64,000 bases of DNA from Amoebophrya sp. A120 (Eukaryota; Protista; Dinoflagellata). Location: assembly GCA_905178155.1 (NCBI GenBank), contig CAJINV010000008.1, forward strand, positions 3,683,420 to 3,747,419. Reading direction: 5' to 3'. The position numbers and the translations under genes are program-made. The notes below the pieces were generated by a model. That model did not search any database. It saw nothing but the letters and a program-made list of their open reading frames with translations, and was not told the origin of the DNA. Positions 43,856 through 55,700 of the stretch are shown piece by piece. The first letter of the stretch is position 1. Each line of letters begins with the position of its first letter.

Positions 43856-45407
43856 TAGTACATACGGCGCGGGCGCAACGATCTAAAAGTAAAAGCGAAT
43901 CGAATAAATGAATTACGTGCGCTCGTCTCAGCGTTAACTCCGATCATTTTTTGCTTTGCGGCACGCGATTCATTTTGCAATAAAGTAACGCTGTCGACGT
44001 CCTGTTCACACTGGCAAAAGCGCTGCTCTTCAATTTTTGCTTGATCTTGATGTGGAGATCATCGCACAGACGTAGCGTAGCTGTTGTACTCCGATCTGGA
44101 TGGTAAATAGGACGAGATCCGCCGGCCTCTTTGTCAGGATAACTCAACAGTCGTTTTCAGGCACCAAAGATCCTTCAATTTAGCGGCTCTAAGAACAATT
44201 ATTTTGGATCGACGTGTATTGTTTTTGATTTTACCCACATGACAGACCATCAGTGACGTCCACTTTCTTACGTGGTGATATTTTCCATCAATGTGAAAGA
44301 AGTTTCTTCCAAAAAATCACCTCACAGAGACTACACTTGTAACGGTGAATGATAGACTTCTCTATAGTAGCCAGTACACTAGTTTCTAAATCGATCCACA
44401 AACGACAATAACAAGATTTTTTTTGTACTAGATAGTTGAAACATATTTATACGATTGAGGTTCTCCTTCTCTCCTCCCATCGTGTAGCACCTAATTTTTT
44501 CACTATAGTTTTAGGTCGCCACTTTGTACGACTCGGAAAAAAACTGCTATATAGGAAGCAAAGACTTTCTGCAGTGAGACTGACAGTGTGAGCACTCTCT
44601 TAAGCTCGTGTAAGATTGTTTTCAATATGATAGAGGACCGAAGAATAGACGGATGGCGGAGTTTATTACGGTATCTTTACTAGAACTATAGCTGTCGCAC
44701 AGTTATCGTATGTTTTTACTATCCGCGAGCTGAAAATTTTTCTACACGCATAATGTCGATACACATATACGAATATAGAACATCCCTCCGATATACAAGC
44801 AACACCAACACGTTCATGCCAGGGGGAGTCGCTTCAAGAGGCATACTTACACGAGGACTTGACAAGAAAATAAGATAAGAATCTCCAGGCAGGACGTAGC
44901 TACACGAGTAGTCTAGGGCTTCATCCAAGAAGAAGAAAAGTAAAACACCTCTATGCTCTCCCGCGGCACCTGTACAGTGGCACACTTCGGCTACGGAACG
45001 ATGCCAAGGAACGAGTACAGTATCGGCGACATTTGTTCTCCCCAGCAGAAAAACAACACGTTTTTCGTAGCTTTAACCTTTTCATCCTTTTTTCGAAAAA
45101 GACGCAAAGACGCCGCTTTCATCGGCGGACAACATAACGACGCGGACGCTCATAATAAAGACCCACCACGTGATATTTCTTGTATTTGTTGACGGCACGA
45201 CACCCACACCGTTTCTGTTTCAGTCCGATGGGTAAAACGGATCCTTCGCTCTTTTTGGAGCCCGTGGCGGACACAGCATCACTTTTTTTTTCCTGTGCGA
45301 CCGACGACCCTTAAGAATAAGATCGTAACCTAGTACTACACGACCCATCTTCATGCCTGAGTCGCGACCGCGTTGGCGTTCCCCGTCCCCGCTCTACACG
45401 ACCCATC

Positions 45408-48400
45408 ATGCCTGAGTCACGGTCCCCGCTGAGGATGAACTTTTTAGAAGCAGGCTCCCCGCCGTTCCTTTGTGCCGCGGCGGTAGACTCTGCACCCACG
45501 CGACCCGCAGCTCGTCCGGAATTGGATATGACAGAAACTGACATTGGTGGCGCTGGCGGCTTGAGTGCATGCACACCAGTAGGTGACGAGCACCCTTTGC
45601 AAGGCCAAAGTGAGACTGTCACCGTCGCGCGCGCTCCTGCTTTGATGCAAGCGCAACCGGTGCGCGCCAGTGCTGTAGCTCCTGATGCCGCGGCAACTAC
45701 CGACTCTGTTTCCGCTGTAGTACCTCCTGTTTGCGGACCGTCACTGCCTGCGTGTGCCACCGGCGCTTCTCCCGGCGTGCTTCCTACGCGCATCCGAGTA
45801 GAAGGGGGGTTTACCCTTCTTGGCGACAACATACCCCCCGAGATCCTTCGCCAGTATGACAAAAAGTCAACCTCGATGTCATCCAAACAAGTAGAAGTCG
45901 GCGCGCAGCGGAAAAAGAAAATGAATCCCCAAGATGAAGAAGAACGAGGACCAGCACAGGAAAAAACTGTTCCCGTTCCATATCAACGCCAGCATCTGAT
46001 GCGGCAAACGTGTCAAAATCTAGGGAACGACCAGGAGAGTAGTTGTACAAGAACTGGTGCCCTCAACATCAAAACAAGTTTCTCCCAGGAAGATGATTTT
46101 TTCCTGCAGGAGGAGCAGTCTGTGTCTGTGGTTGCGGCGCACAAGAAGAACGTAGCGCGGCACCAAGAACATGAACAGGACGATCCAGATGCTGAGGATG
46201 AGCAACTAAGAATCGTCAACTACCGCAGAAAAAGTAGTGGGACCGATCCGGCGAACAATGTAAAAACAACTACTAGTACTACGACTTTGATCATGCGGCG
46301 GAAATCCACCTCTGCGAGCCTGAAGACCGGTGATGCTTGTTCTAGTTCACCACTAGGACAAAAACTACAACCACAGCAGCACGACGTGCTGCGTGGCGGG
46401 CAGCACAAGAATATCATGATGATCCACCAGATGAACAAACGGGAAGTACTAGCTGGTCAACGTGAGCAAGGTGGTAAAGGAGTAGTGCAGCATTATAATC
46501 AGCAGCACTACACGACGAGAGTTGTAGAAGTAAGCACACCCGCAAACTCTTCCCCATCTTCGCAGTACTTCCCCAGGACGCCCTGCAGTGGTTCTCTCCA
46601 GCACGATTGGGTATTTTCTGCCTCGCGGCGCAAGTGGACCCGCGGCAGCAGCAACCAGGAGCTAGTCCTGACGCCCGTCGCGGGAGGGGCCGCGGGAGCA
46701 CGTGAAAGAAGAAAAGTTGGTGCAAGAAGTGGAACAACAAGAACAGCAACAGGTCAACAACAGGATCTTCCAGACCACATTTGTAGTTCCTCCCCGGTTT
46801 CCACCACGTCTTCGGACGTGATTCTGCGGGCCTGCGTCTCCAACGTGGTGGACGACTTGGACGCGTGGACGCTCTGGCGCGCGTGGGACGCCTATTACAA
46901 TGAAAAATGCCCCCACTCCCGAATTTGGGAGCATTTGTATTGCAAACCTTTCCAAATGAAACATTCGCCCTCTTGCATCTATCAGCATCACAGGTTTCCG
47001 ATCGTGAATAGCAAAGATTTGTATTGCAAAAGACCCCAGCAAGAGCGGCGCTTGTCATGCAAGCGATGCGATACACGCCTAGACTCTGCATCAGAAAGGT
47101 TCGTAAGTACTCCTTTCATGCATGACAAAAACTTTTCACTTGGAAACTTCGCATCACAATGTTTTGCAACTTTGGGGGTGGGGGCATTTTTCATTATGAT
47201 AACGCCCTGCACGGGCTGTCGCCGCAGGATTTTTTTGACTGCGAGGAGGAGGAGAAGGCCATCCGGGAGGTCTTCGCCTTCCGTGTATCAAAAGGAAAAA
47301 TCCCCCCTCCCCATATCGAAACGAAGTCTCTGATGCTGGATTTCCGTACACAAATGAGATTTGTCTTGCAGTAGAGGACTGCAGGCATATGCCAAGCCTC
47401 AGTCGAGAGGTTTTGACGTAGGCGCCTAGCATGACAAACGTGTATGCTCTAAGCCCAACAGCATCACAAACCGCCTGCAAAATGTGGGGCGCTCTCTGGA
47501 CTTGGCTTCTTGCAAGACAGACACGATTTGAGGTCACAAATGCGCATCACAAATTTTCAGACGGATACGGTTTTAATATGGGGAGGGGGGATTTTTCCTT
47601 ACGATACCGTGCGGCGGAAGCGGCGGAAAAGCACGACAGCGTGCTGTTTGCGGAGCTCGGCTTGATCATCGCAGGCGGCAAATCGTGGTCGGCCGAGAAG
47701 CTGCAGAAGCTGTTGGACCGGCAAGCCGTCGTGGCGCGCGGTATGCACAGCGTCAGCTGCGGTGGCGCGCAGACGCCCAAAATGTTGTTGAAACTGGCCC
47801 GCAACGAAGGCAGTGGCTTGGTTGGTCATCAACAGATGCAGGACAACATCCAAGAACGGGGCGGCCGCGGCAACGCTAGTCCAGTCGTGCTGGAGTACAA
47901 CAACCACCGGAAGGGAAGCAAAGGAAGTGGTGCCTGTGGAGGTAGCAAAGAAAGCGCAGGTGGTAGGAGGTCATCTGCTCGTCTCATGTTAACGGACCAC
48001 GACCCTGGCACTTGCAAGGGCGGAAATACTGCTTCTGGTACTTCTCGCACATCACCTGCCGGCGGACCGTGTGAGGACAAAAATCTTGTTGGCACGAATA
48101 ATATTACGATGAATACTGATGATGTTTTACAACAAGATGCTGTTGCTGGACCTCCCGCACCACTACTTCCCATCCCGACTACCAGTATGAATCTGTTGAT
48201 GCACGAATCTAGCTTGGCGTCGCGGCTCCTCTCGATGAAAAATGCCGATCATGCGACGTCGAACTCGGTCAGAACTGCAGGGCAGGCACCGGGCGGCCAC
48301 GACGGTTCTTTGGTTCATCTTCCCAGTGGAGTACCTACTTCGACGAGCAACAGCAAGATGCTGCACAAGAACGAGAAAAAAACGAAGCCGCTCCTTGGGA

Positions 48401-51400
48401 AGATTCTACCTGACGTTGCAGCGGAGGTGGTCCCCGATCAGGATGTCGAAAACGCTCCCGCCCTTTGGCAGACTGGCAGCGGGGGCTGCGCCACCTCGTC
48501 CACCACGGGCGCATTATTGCGAGAAGATGCCGGCCAATGCCAGAACTTGATGATGCCTTTGTTGCAGGCGGGCGCGGACGAGACGCCGAGTTTCTCGGGC
48601 TCTCGCAACCGGTACGAGGACACCGAGAAAAATGCGGTTGCTTTGTGCGGCGCGAGAGCTGCTGGTGGAAGAAACGAGACCACACGACCGGGATTGTTGT
48701 TCTTTGACAAAGTAGCAGAGAAAAACAAGGTGGACCGCAGTGCAGGAAACGAGACTCCGAGGTTCTGTCTTGACCAAAGGGAGGAAAAGTTGGACCGAAG
48801 GGCAGGTGGACGAGGAGACGAGACGCCGAGGTTCCATCTGGAAAAGCTGGAAAGCGTGCTCAGTGAGGATTCGGAGGAGGGTAAGCTGCAAAATGCACCA
48901 CCACAGGACGAGAGTAACGCACTCATCGGTCCGGTTCTCCAAGTAGTTCAGCCGGTTGTCGCCGCGATGAACAATATTGCAGCTGGTGTTTTCCTCGACG
49001 AGGGTAAGGGTTTGAAGCAAAGAGAATCTTCTACTTCGCTCGAAGTGGAACCGGCCCGACGCAACCTTTTTCCTCCAGCAGCGCGAAAATCGGGCTCCGC
49101 ACTCAATGAAGATGAAGCGACGTCTATCCTATGTAAAAACGTACCCACACCAGAGTTGTCATGCAGATTTGCAAGCACAAGAGCATTTGTAATGCGCATC
49201 CCCATGAGAGACATTGCCCATCGTGTTTTGGAACTTGTAATGCTGTAAACAGGATAAGGAGACGGATTTGTTATGCGGCGTCCCTTGCTAAGCTGCACTA
49301 CACTACAGTCTGCAACTTGTCATGCGAGACTCCCAAAAGGTCTAGGTTTGTGTTGCAAAATCCCCATCTTGACTATGGTGTGGGGACGTTTTTACAAATG
49401 ATAACGTCAGAGAATCTTCAAAGTGGAGCAAATAAAATGTCAGGTGCAGGAGCTCTAGCACAACGTCCAGAAACTAGTCTGGAACATCAAACCACAGCAA
49501 AGCCCCGGCCCCTACTGCCGAAGAAGAAGATGCTACAGCTCCCTCCAGTGGTAAACAAAACCTTCTTTGACGATGTCTGCGCGGCTCCACTCACTGATAA
49601 GACGCCGACTTGCTCAACATCCTCGAAGCGCGGTCTTTCTGCTGAAGCTTGGGAAGAATTTCTGTTCGGAAAAGTAATAGTGGGAGGACGACCAGTTGTG
49701 GACGAACAAGAGCAAGAGAAAGGTGAGCGTCGAGCCGGCGTAGAAGTTGTCCCCCACGACGAGCAAAATGTCCTACGGAGAACTGGGACGACGCACTCCA
49801 ATGGTACCGCGTGGTCCACTCACACCTTTGCTCCCGACCCGGCGCGCCTGATGGAGGAGGAAAAGAAAGCCGCCGTCGCGCCGCGGGCCGCTGAGGCCCA
49901 GGTCGACGGGGTACTTGCGTCGAAACAGGATGTTCTTGAGCAGTTTTTTGATAAAGATAGAAAACATGCGCCGAGGAGTGACCCTCCCGCTGTGCCTGCG
50001 CCGCGGATGAAAAGTAGCACACAAACAGAAGCAAAAGAATTTGCTGCTGCGGACGTTTCTTTGTTGCAGAAATCCAAGAAATCCAATTCCAGCCCGTTGG
50101 TGTTATCGAGCAAAGAACAACAATCAGAAGGAGCGACGACCCGTCTAAGCTGCAGTCGCGCGGCGCCGGAGGCATTTTTAGCAGCTAAGGATCATCTCCA
50201 GGAGAATGAATTGCTTGTACAGATGAATGTCGGTGCAGCCGCGAAAAATTCAAAGCAAGACGATCATGATGTCCTTGCAGCCGACAAGGAGGCCGCCGTC
50301 GTTGCGCCGTCTTCAAAGCTTGTACTGCAGGAGAAGGCGTCCTCGATCCTGAACCCCGATGTTGAGAACAAAAAACTATCTTCCCGCAGCCCAACAGGAG
50401 AACATCACGCTTTCAAACAGATGCCTTCTCCGCGCCTCTCAACCGTGTCTGGCTGTGAGGGGTTGATATCGCGCGAGCAGACGAAATCCAGTAAGCGGCT
50501 GAGCGAGCTTATCAAAAGGAAAAATCCCCCCTCCCCATATCAAAACGAGGTCTCTGATGCAGGATTTGCGTACACAAATAAGATTTGTCTTGCTGGAGAG
50601 GAATGCAGCCCCATACTATGCCGAAGTAGAGAGGTTCTGGCCTAGGCGTCTAGCATGAGAAACGTCCGTGCTGTAGGCCCATCAGCATCACAAACCGCCG
50701 GCACAATGCTGCGGAGCTTGTGGAGTTGCCTTGTTGCAAGACAGACGTGATTTGAGGTCTCAAATCAGCAACACAAATTTCCGGAAACATACCTTTTCGA
50801 TATGGGGAGGGGGGATTTTTCCTCACAATAGAGCTGTCGCTTGACCGCCGGATCGGTCTGACGGATATCCTGTGCAAAAGTATCGTACTCGTACTAATCG
50901 CATTCATGCATTACAAATTTCTTTCTCAGGTTAAATCCGCATTACAAATTTTCTTTCTCATGCTGAGGAAATTTGTCATGCGATTTATATATACTAGTAC
51001 GATGCTTTTGCATTTCATAACGGAGGAGCTGGATCAAAAGTGCGACCCCAAGTTGCTCGTTGATCACGAGGTGTACGAGGCCGAGGACGGGGTGCAACTT
51101 CAAAACGAGCTTGTCTCCTCTCGCACCAGATTTCTGCACATGTTGAAGTATCGAGGTGAAGGGGCGGGGGGGCGGAACAAGATGCAGAAAGAACATCAAG
51201 TGTTGAATTGTCTTCACGTTGCGTCAATGGCTCATAGTTCTACCTCACGTGCCCGCGATCTTGCATCCTCTTGCTCACCACGACGAGGACCCTCTGATTT
51301 GTTGTCGGACCACATGAGCAGAAGTTCTACGGGCACGACGTCGACCCATGATCTATTCCAAAGTGGTTTTCGGTCGCCCAGTTTCTGGGACAAATGCTGG

Positions 51401-54400
51401 ACTTTGGATCGCGAGAAACTGGAGAAAAACCTGCAAATTGCCGACGAGGAGGTTCATCGCAAAAACCGTGATAAGTTCTTCTCGAAGAGTTTGCTCGATG
51501 GAATAAATCGTGACCACGACAACTTCGACGAGCACCAGTATCCGAGAACTCCAAGCAGCACCATTTCGCGCAATATTTCTGGGCTCTCCGCTGCCTCTGC
51601 GCAGAGCCAAACGTCTCGTAGCAGCTACCGGAGCGCAAATTTGCACAATATCTGCTGCGCGACCTCTTCCCAAGCGCAGCAGCAGAAGAAGGCTTCTACG
51701 ACGAGGAACAGGCGGACGCTTAAGGATTTTTTCTGCGTGGAGGATCCGTTCGCGCCGAAATTGTTTCCGAACGTACACGAGAGCTACGACTTTTCCTTCT
51801 GGAACAACCGACGTGCCTGGCAAACGGGGAAAAAGATCGGAAATCGGTTCCTCAGTGTCGAGGCGAGCCAGAGTGGCGAAATTCTGTGCTTCACGTCGAT
51901 GCGAAACTTCATGGAGAAGTTACAGGAAGCAGAGGCTCAGCAACGGGGGGAACGAGGACTACTACACGCAGACGACAGCAACAATGCCAGCGGAACTAGG
52001 TCGTGTGCGGCTAGTCCTGGTAGTGCACCGCCAAAGAAGCAGGTGCAGCTCCTCTCAACTAAAGATCATCTTCCCGAGAAGCACGACGTGAGGACACCAG
52101 CACGACAGAAAGCCGCAGAGGCTAGGGCTTTGCTAGCACAAGAGCCCCCACAGGCGGGGGGGAGCAAGAATTGTCAACATCAAGGGAAACAACAACTTTC
52201 TAGTTCACCCACCACACCGAAAACGTCTTCAAAGCGCGACAGTACTGCGTCGAAGCGCGACAGCACGAAGTCGGGCGTTTCGACAGCGAGCAGCGGGACC
52301 AAGCGGCAAAAGCTTCGGCGCCGTGGTCTGACAGGCGAGAAGCTAGGTGAAGACGGGCAAGTCGTTGGACCTGCGGCCGCCACCACTGCCGGAATCGTGG
52401 GTGATTTTTCTGATGTGGTCACATCTGCGGACGATGAGAAAAATCTAGAGAGGACGCAAGCGTCTTCCTCTTCTTCAACATCCCGTGCAGGAGGACCAAT
52501 TATAGCCGCAGGAGGAGGTGCTGATGGCGATGACCGCAGGTCTGGGAACGAGAAGAAGGAGGACTACCACGAGGACGACAATAGTCAGCTGCAAGAAGCG
52601 GACCCCACGACGCTGAAGATTGTCGACCGCACCGCGTTCCTGACCTGCGGGCCCTCGGAGTTTTACATCTACAAGGGCGAATTTTTCGCAACCTTCGAGG
52701 ACGCGGTCAAATTTGGACAGCTGCAGGAGTTGGCAACATCCCAGGGACGGCTCTCGTGCACATCTTGGCACAAGAAAGACGAGAATGATGCTGGCCGAAT
52801 GCAGCAGAGAAAGTTTCTGTATCTGGCGCAGTTACCAGTGGCCGAGCACTTTAACTCGCTCTCGGACCTGGTTACGTCTCTGCGAGACTTTGCAGAAGAC
52901 CAGTGTCGCATGCAGCAAAACCTGCGCCAGCAATCGAGCATCGGTGTGTACTTGAGCAGCCCCACAAGCCGGGCTGCAGCCCCTGGTGGATCGGGCACCA
53001 AGGTAATAGCATCTACTCCTGGGCGGGGTCATGCAGCGGTTGCAGTTGGAGGCGGGCAAAAAGAACTGATGAAAAGTAAAGCGATTTGTCCAACATCTTC
53101 CATAGACACGGCTGCGAAAAGTCTTACAGCATTTGCTCACGGTAAAGGAGCGCAAAAAACGAAAACTTCTGATAACGCGGCACATCATCGCCACAACAAG
53201 TACCACGTTCAGGCAGACCTGTCGCGGCCGCATCGGAAAAGTCATGCGAGCTTGTTTGCGCCGGACCCGGATAATGCCTTCTCGCTCTTCGAGCCGATGA
53301 CACCCCTTACACCCCTTGAAGGTGAAAATGAAGCAGCTGTGCAGGCGTATTTTCAAGAAAACCACGATGGTCCACCTTGTGGGCATGATCTGCCGTCGCC
53401 CAAAAATATAAAAAAGAACCAACTATCGCCTTTCGTTGAGAAGCAGATGAAACAGCGCCGAACGGAACAGAATGCGCTGACGTTCTGCCAAAACTTGCAA
53501 ATCATGATGGCACCGCCAGATGATCGTGGTGCGGCTGCTGGCGCTGCTGGTCGTGGGGTCGAGGGAGCAGCAGCTGGAGCTGCTAGAAGTACGGAGAACG
53601 AGGTTGAAGGAATATCAGACGCTCGCCCTGAAGACGTCGAGGGCTGGGATGAAAGAGCTCTCCTGCAACAGGCTCGGACCACGACCACGACGAGTAAGAC
53701 GAGTGAAGCTGCACTGGAAGCGGGGGACAGTGGTTCGCAAAAAATTTTTCACCGCTCATCTTCACAGGATCACGAAACGAGGAAAGACGAAGCAGGAGGA
53801 AGTACAATGGAACAGCAACAGCAGGAGCCGGGAGACCACAAGAAGGCTTTGGTTACTGGTACAACAGCCTGTGGTCGTCATATGAATAACAAAGCAAATG
53901 GTTCAGAACAAATGAAGGCAATAAAGAACAACACGGAGATGATGACCACCACGGGTCCGCAAGTGCCCCCGCCGCGGAATGGGGCGGTAGATAAAACAAG
54001 CGCAAGTCCTCCTTGCCCCCAGCACCAAATGTTATTGAACAGCAGAATTCCTCACCCGAAGGCAGATTTTCTGAACCTTCGGGCCTTCGAATTTTTCCAG
54101 TACGGGCACTGCCACCTGTTTCTGGGGCCGGCGCACACCGTCACAGACTTTCACTACGACCCAACAGACAATTTTTTCGTGCAGCTGGTGGGGTACAAGT
54201 TCTTCCGCCTCTACCCGCCGCATTCCAAGTGGATCCAACCCAAGTACGAGCAGGAGATGCAAAATCTCGTGCAGCAGAGGCGTTCCAGCTTCGGCTTTTT
54301 GCCCTCGCCGAAAATGGTGGTGTCCACCCCGGGCGGACGAAATTCCATCGCGGCAGCTGCTAGTCCTCCGAGTACTCCGGCGGGGTTCGACGCTTATTCG

Positions 54401-55700
54401 CCCGGCGGTAAAAGAAGTACTGGAGGACCCTCCCCGGTCTTGTGCGGCGCAAGAAAACCAGGAGTGCAGGAACAAACGCCGAGGTGTCCTCGTCCGAGTT
54501 CGCGCGCAGGAAATTCATCTTGTCAAAACCTCCTTGATATCAATATCCGCGGCCACACACAATCAGGAGCATTGGATCCGAGCGGCAGTCCGCTGACTGC
54601 AACAAACACCACAATGAGTACCACACCGGGCGGGACTGTGCCTCTAGAGGACCACCTTCTTCAAAGCGGTTGCACTATTGCAGCTGATGCTGGCATAGCC
54701 AGTAGTACAAGTAGAACGCGGATGAACTCGAACTTTTCAACATCGATTGCAAAGCTGCAGGGCGGGAACAGCTGTGAAGGAGATAATTCCATTTTTGCCA
54801 GCAGTGGTGCCTTGTCTAGTACTACGACAAGAACTTCCGGCAATAGAGAAAGGGATAGTAGATTGACCAGCAGGAGCAGCGATCAGTTTCTTCATGGCTG
54901 TTCCGATACAATTCACGAGGACGTTGTCGGTCTGGTTCCGGTATCTACTGCAAAAGTATCGTATACTTGTACTACTCGCAATTATCTTGCATGAAAGGTT
55001 TAATACTTTCCTAAATTCTATGTATTTGATAGATTTTGATCGTTATATGCAGTTACTTACTGCACAACATCAACATGATCCATGAAAGAGCTTAGCGTGA
55101 GGCTACACAGAAACGCCACGTATTTTTAAAGCGGTTGATGATGATGAAGATGGTGATGATGATGCCGTTACGACTAGTAGTACGCTAAACTTTTGCAATG
55201 CATAAGCGGCAGAGGGAGCTAGTGGTCCTCGTACAACCAGGGGCGCGACCACTACCGGCCGAACAACCACGACCGGCAGCACTGGTTTCATGCTAGACAG
55301 CAACGTGAACACACCGACACCAAGAACGCCACGACCTCGTGGGCGCGACGGGGGGCAGCAGCGACTGCTGTCAGAGCAGACCACACCAGAGAATATTTAC
55401 GCGCCATCAGAGCGCTATTCGGAGGAGTTTCTGCGGAAAAACGCCCATTTCGGCAGAGAGGTCGATCACGAAGAAGTGATCAGCAGGGAAATGATGTTGA
55501 CGAACAAACATTGTTCATCAACGCCGGACCGGCGGCCGGGCCATGTCGAATCCTGTGACGCAATTGACGTGATCGTGAAGCCCGGTGACGTACTGTACAT
55601 TCCCAAACACTGGTGGCACTATGTGGAATCGCTCACCACCTCCGCCTCGCTCTCCTTCTTCCAGCACCGGAATTTATCTGGGTATTTCAATTTGGCATAA
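45408..55700 (+). CDS. Giant JMJD5/KDM8-like JmjC (cupin_8) oxygenase, 7 exons, ~2871 aa
   Basis: ELGLIIAGG, LYLAQLPV, LFLGPAHTVTDFHYDPTDNFFVQLVGYKFFRLYPP (HxD), VKPGDVLYIPKHWWHYVESL. Removing six introners (+5 nt each) leaves 8616 nt in frame. The start codon is uncertain. Confidence 0.82.
46893..47201. mobile_element. Introner (family B-related)
   Basis: tattacaatgaaaaatgcccccac / gtgggggcatttttcattatgata; DR acgcc. Confidence 0.92.
47286..47606. mobile_element. Introner family D
   Basis: tatcaaaaggaaaaatcccccctccccatat / atatggggaggggggatttttccttacgata; DR ccgtg; homologous to 50510-50830. Confidence 0.93.
49125..49403. mobile_element. Introner family B, inverted relative to 34994
   Basis: tatcctatgtaaaaacgtacccacacc / ggtgtggggacgtttttacaaatgata; DR acgtc. 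Confidence 0.92.
50510..50830. mobile_element. Introner family D
   Basis: Same length (321 bp) and TIR as 47286-47606; DR gagct. Confidence 0.93.
50866..51019. mobile_element. Short introner (tatcctgtgcaaaag type)
   Basis: Ends cttttgcatttcata; DR acgga; restores GLTEELDQK. Confidence 0.88.
54942..55204. mobile_element. Introner related to 50866
   Basis: tatctactgcaaaagtatcgta / tacgctaaacttttgcaatgcata; DR tccgg/agcgg; restores GLVPAEGASG and joins the last JmjC exon. Confidence 0.82.

Noticed and set aside
45336-45421. Duplicated ctacacgacccatc..atgcctgagtc around the JmjC start
   Set aside because: A simple short duplication; it only makes the start codon ambiguous.
54884-55095. Alternative introner bounded by ttcatgg/ccatgaa
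   Set aside because: Removal leads to a stop; the 54942-55204 boundaries fit the TAT/ATA rule and restore the frame.
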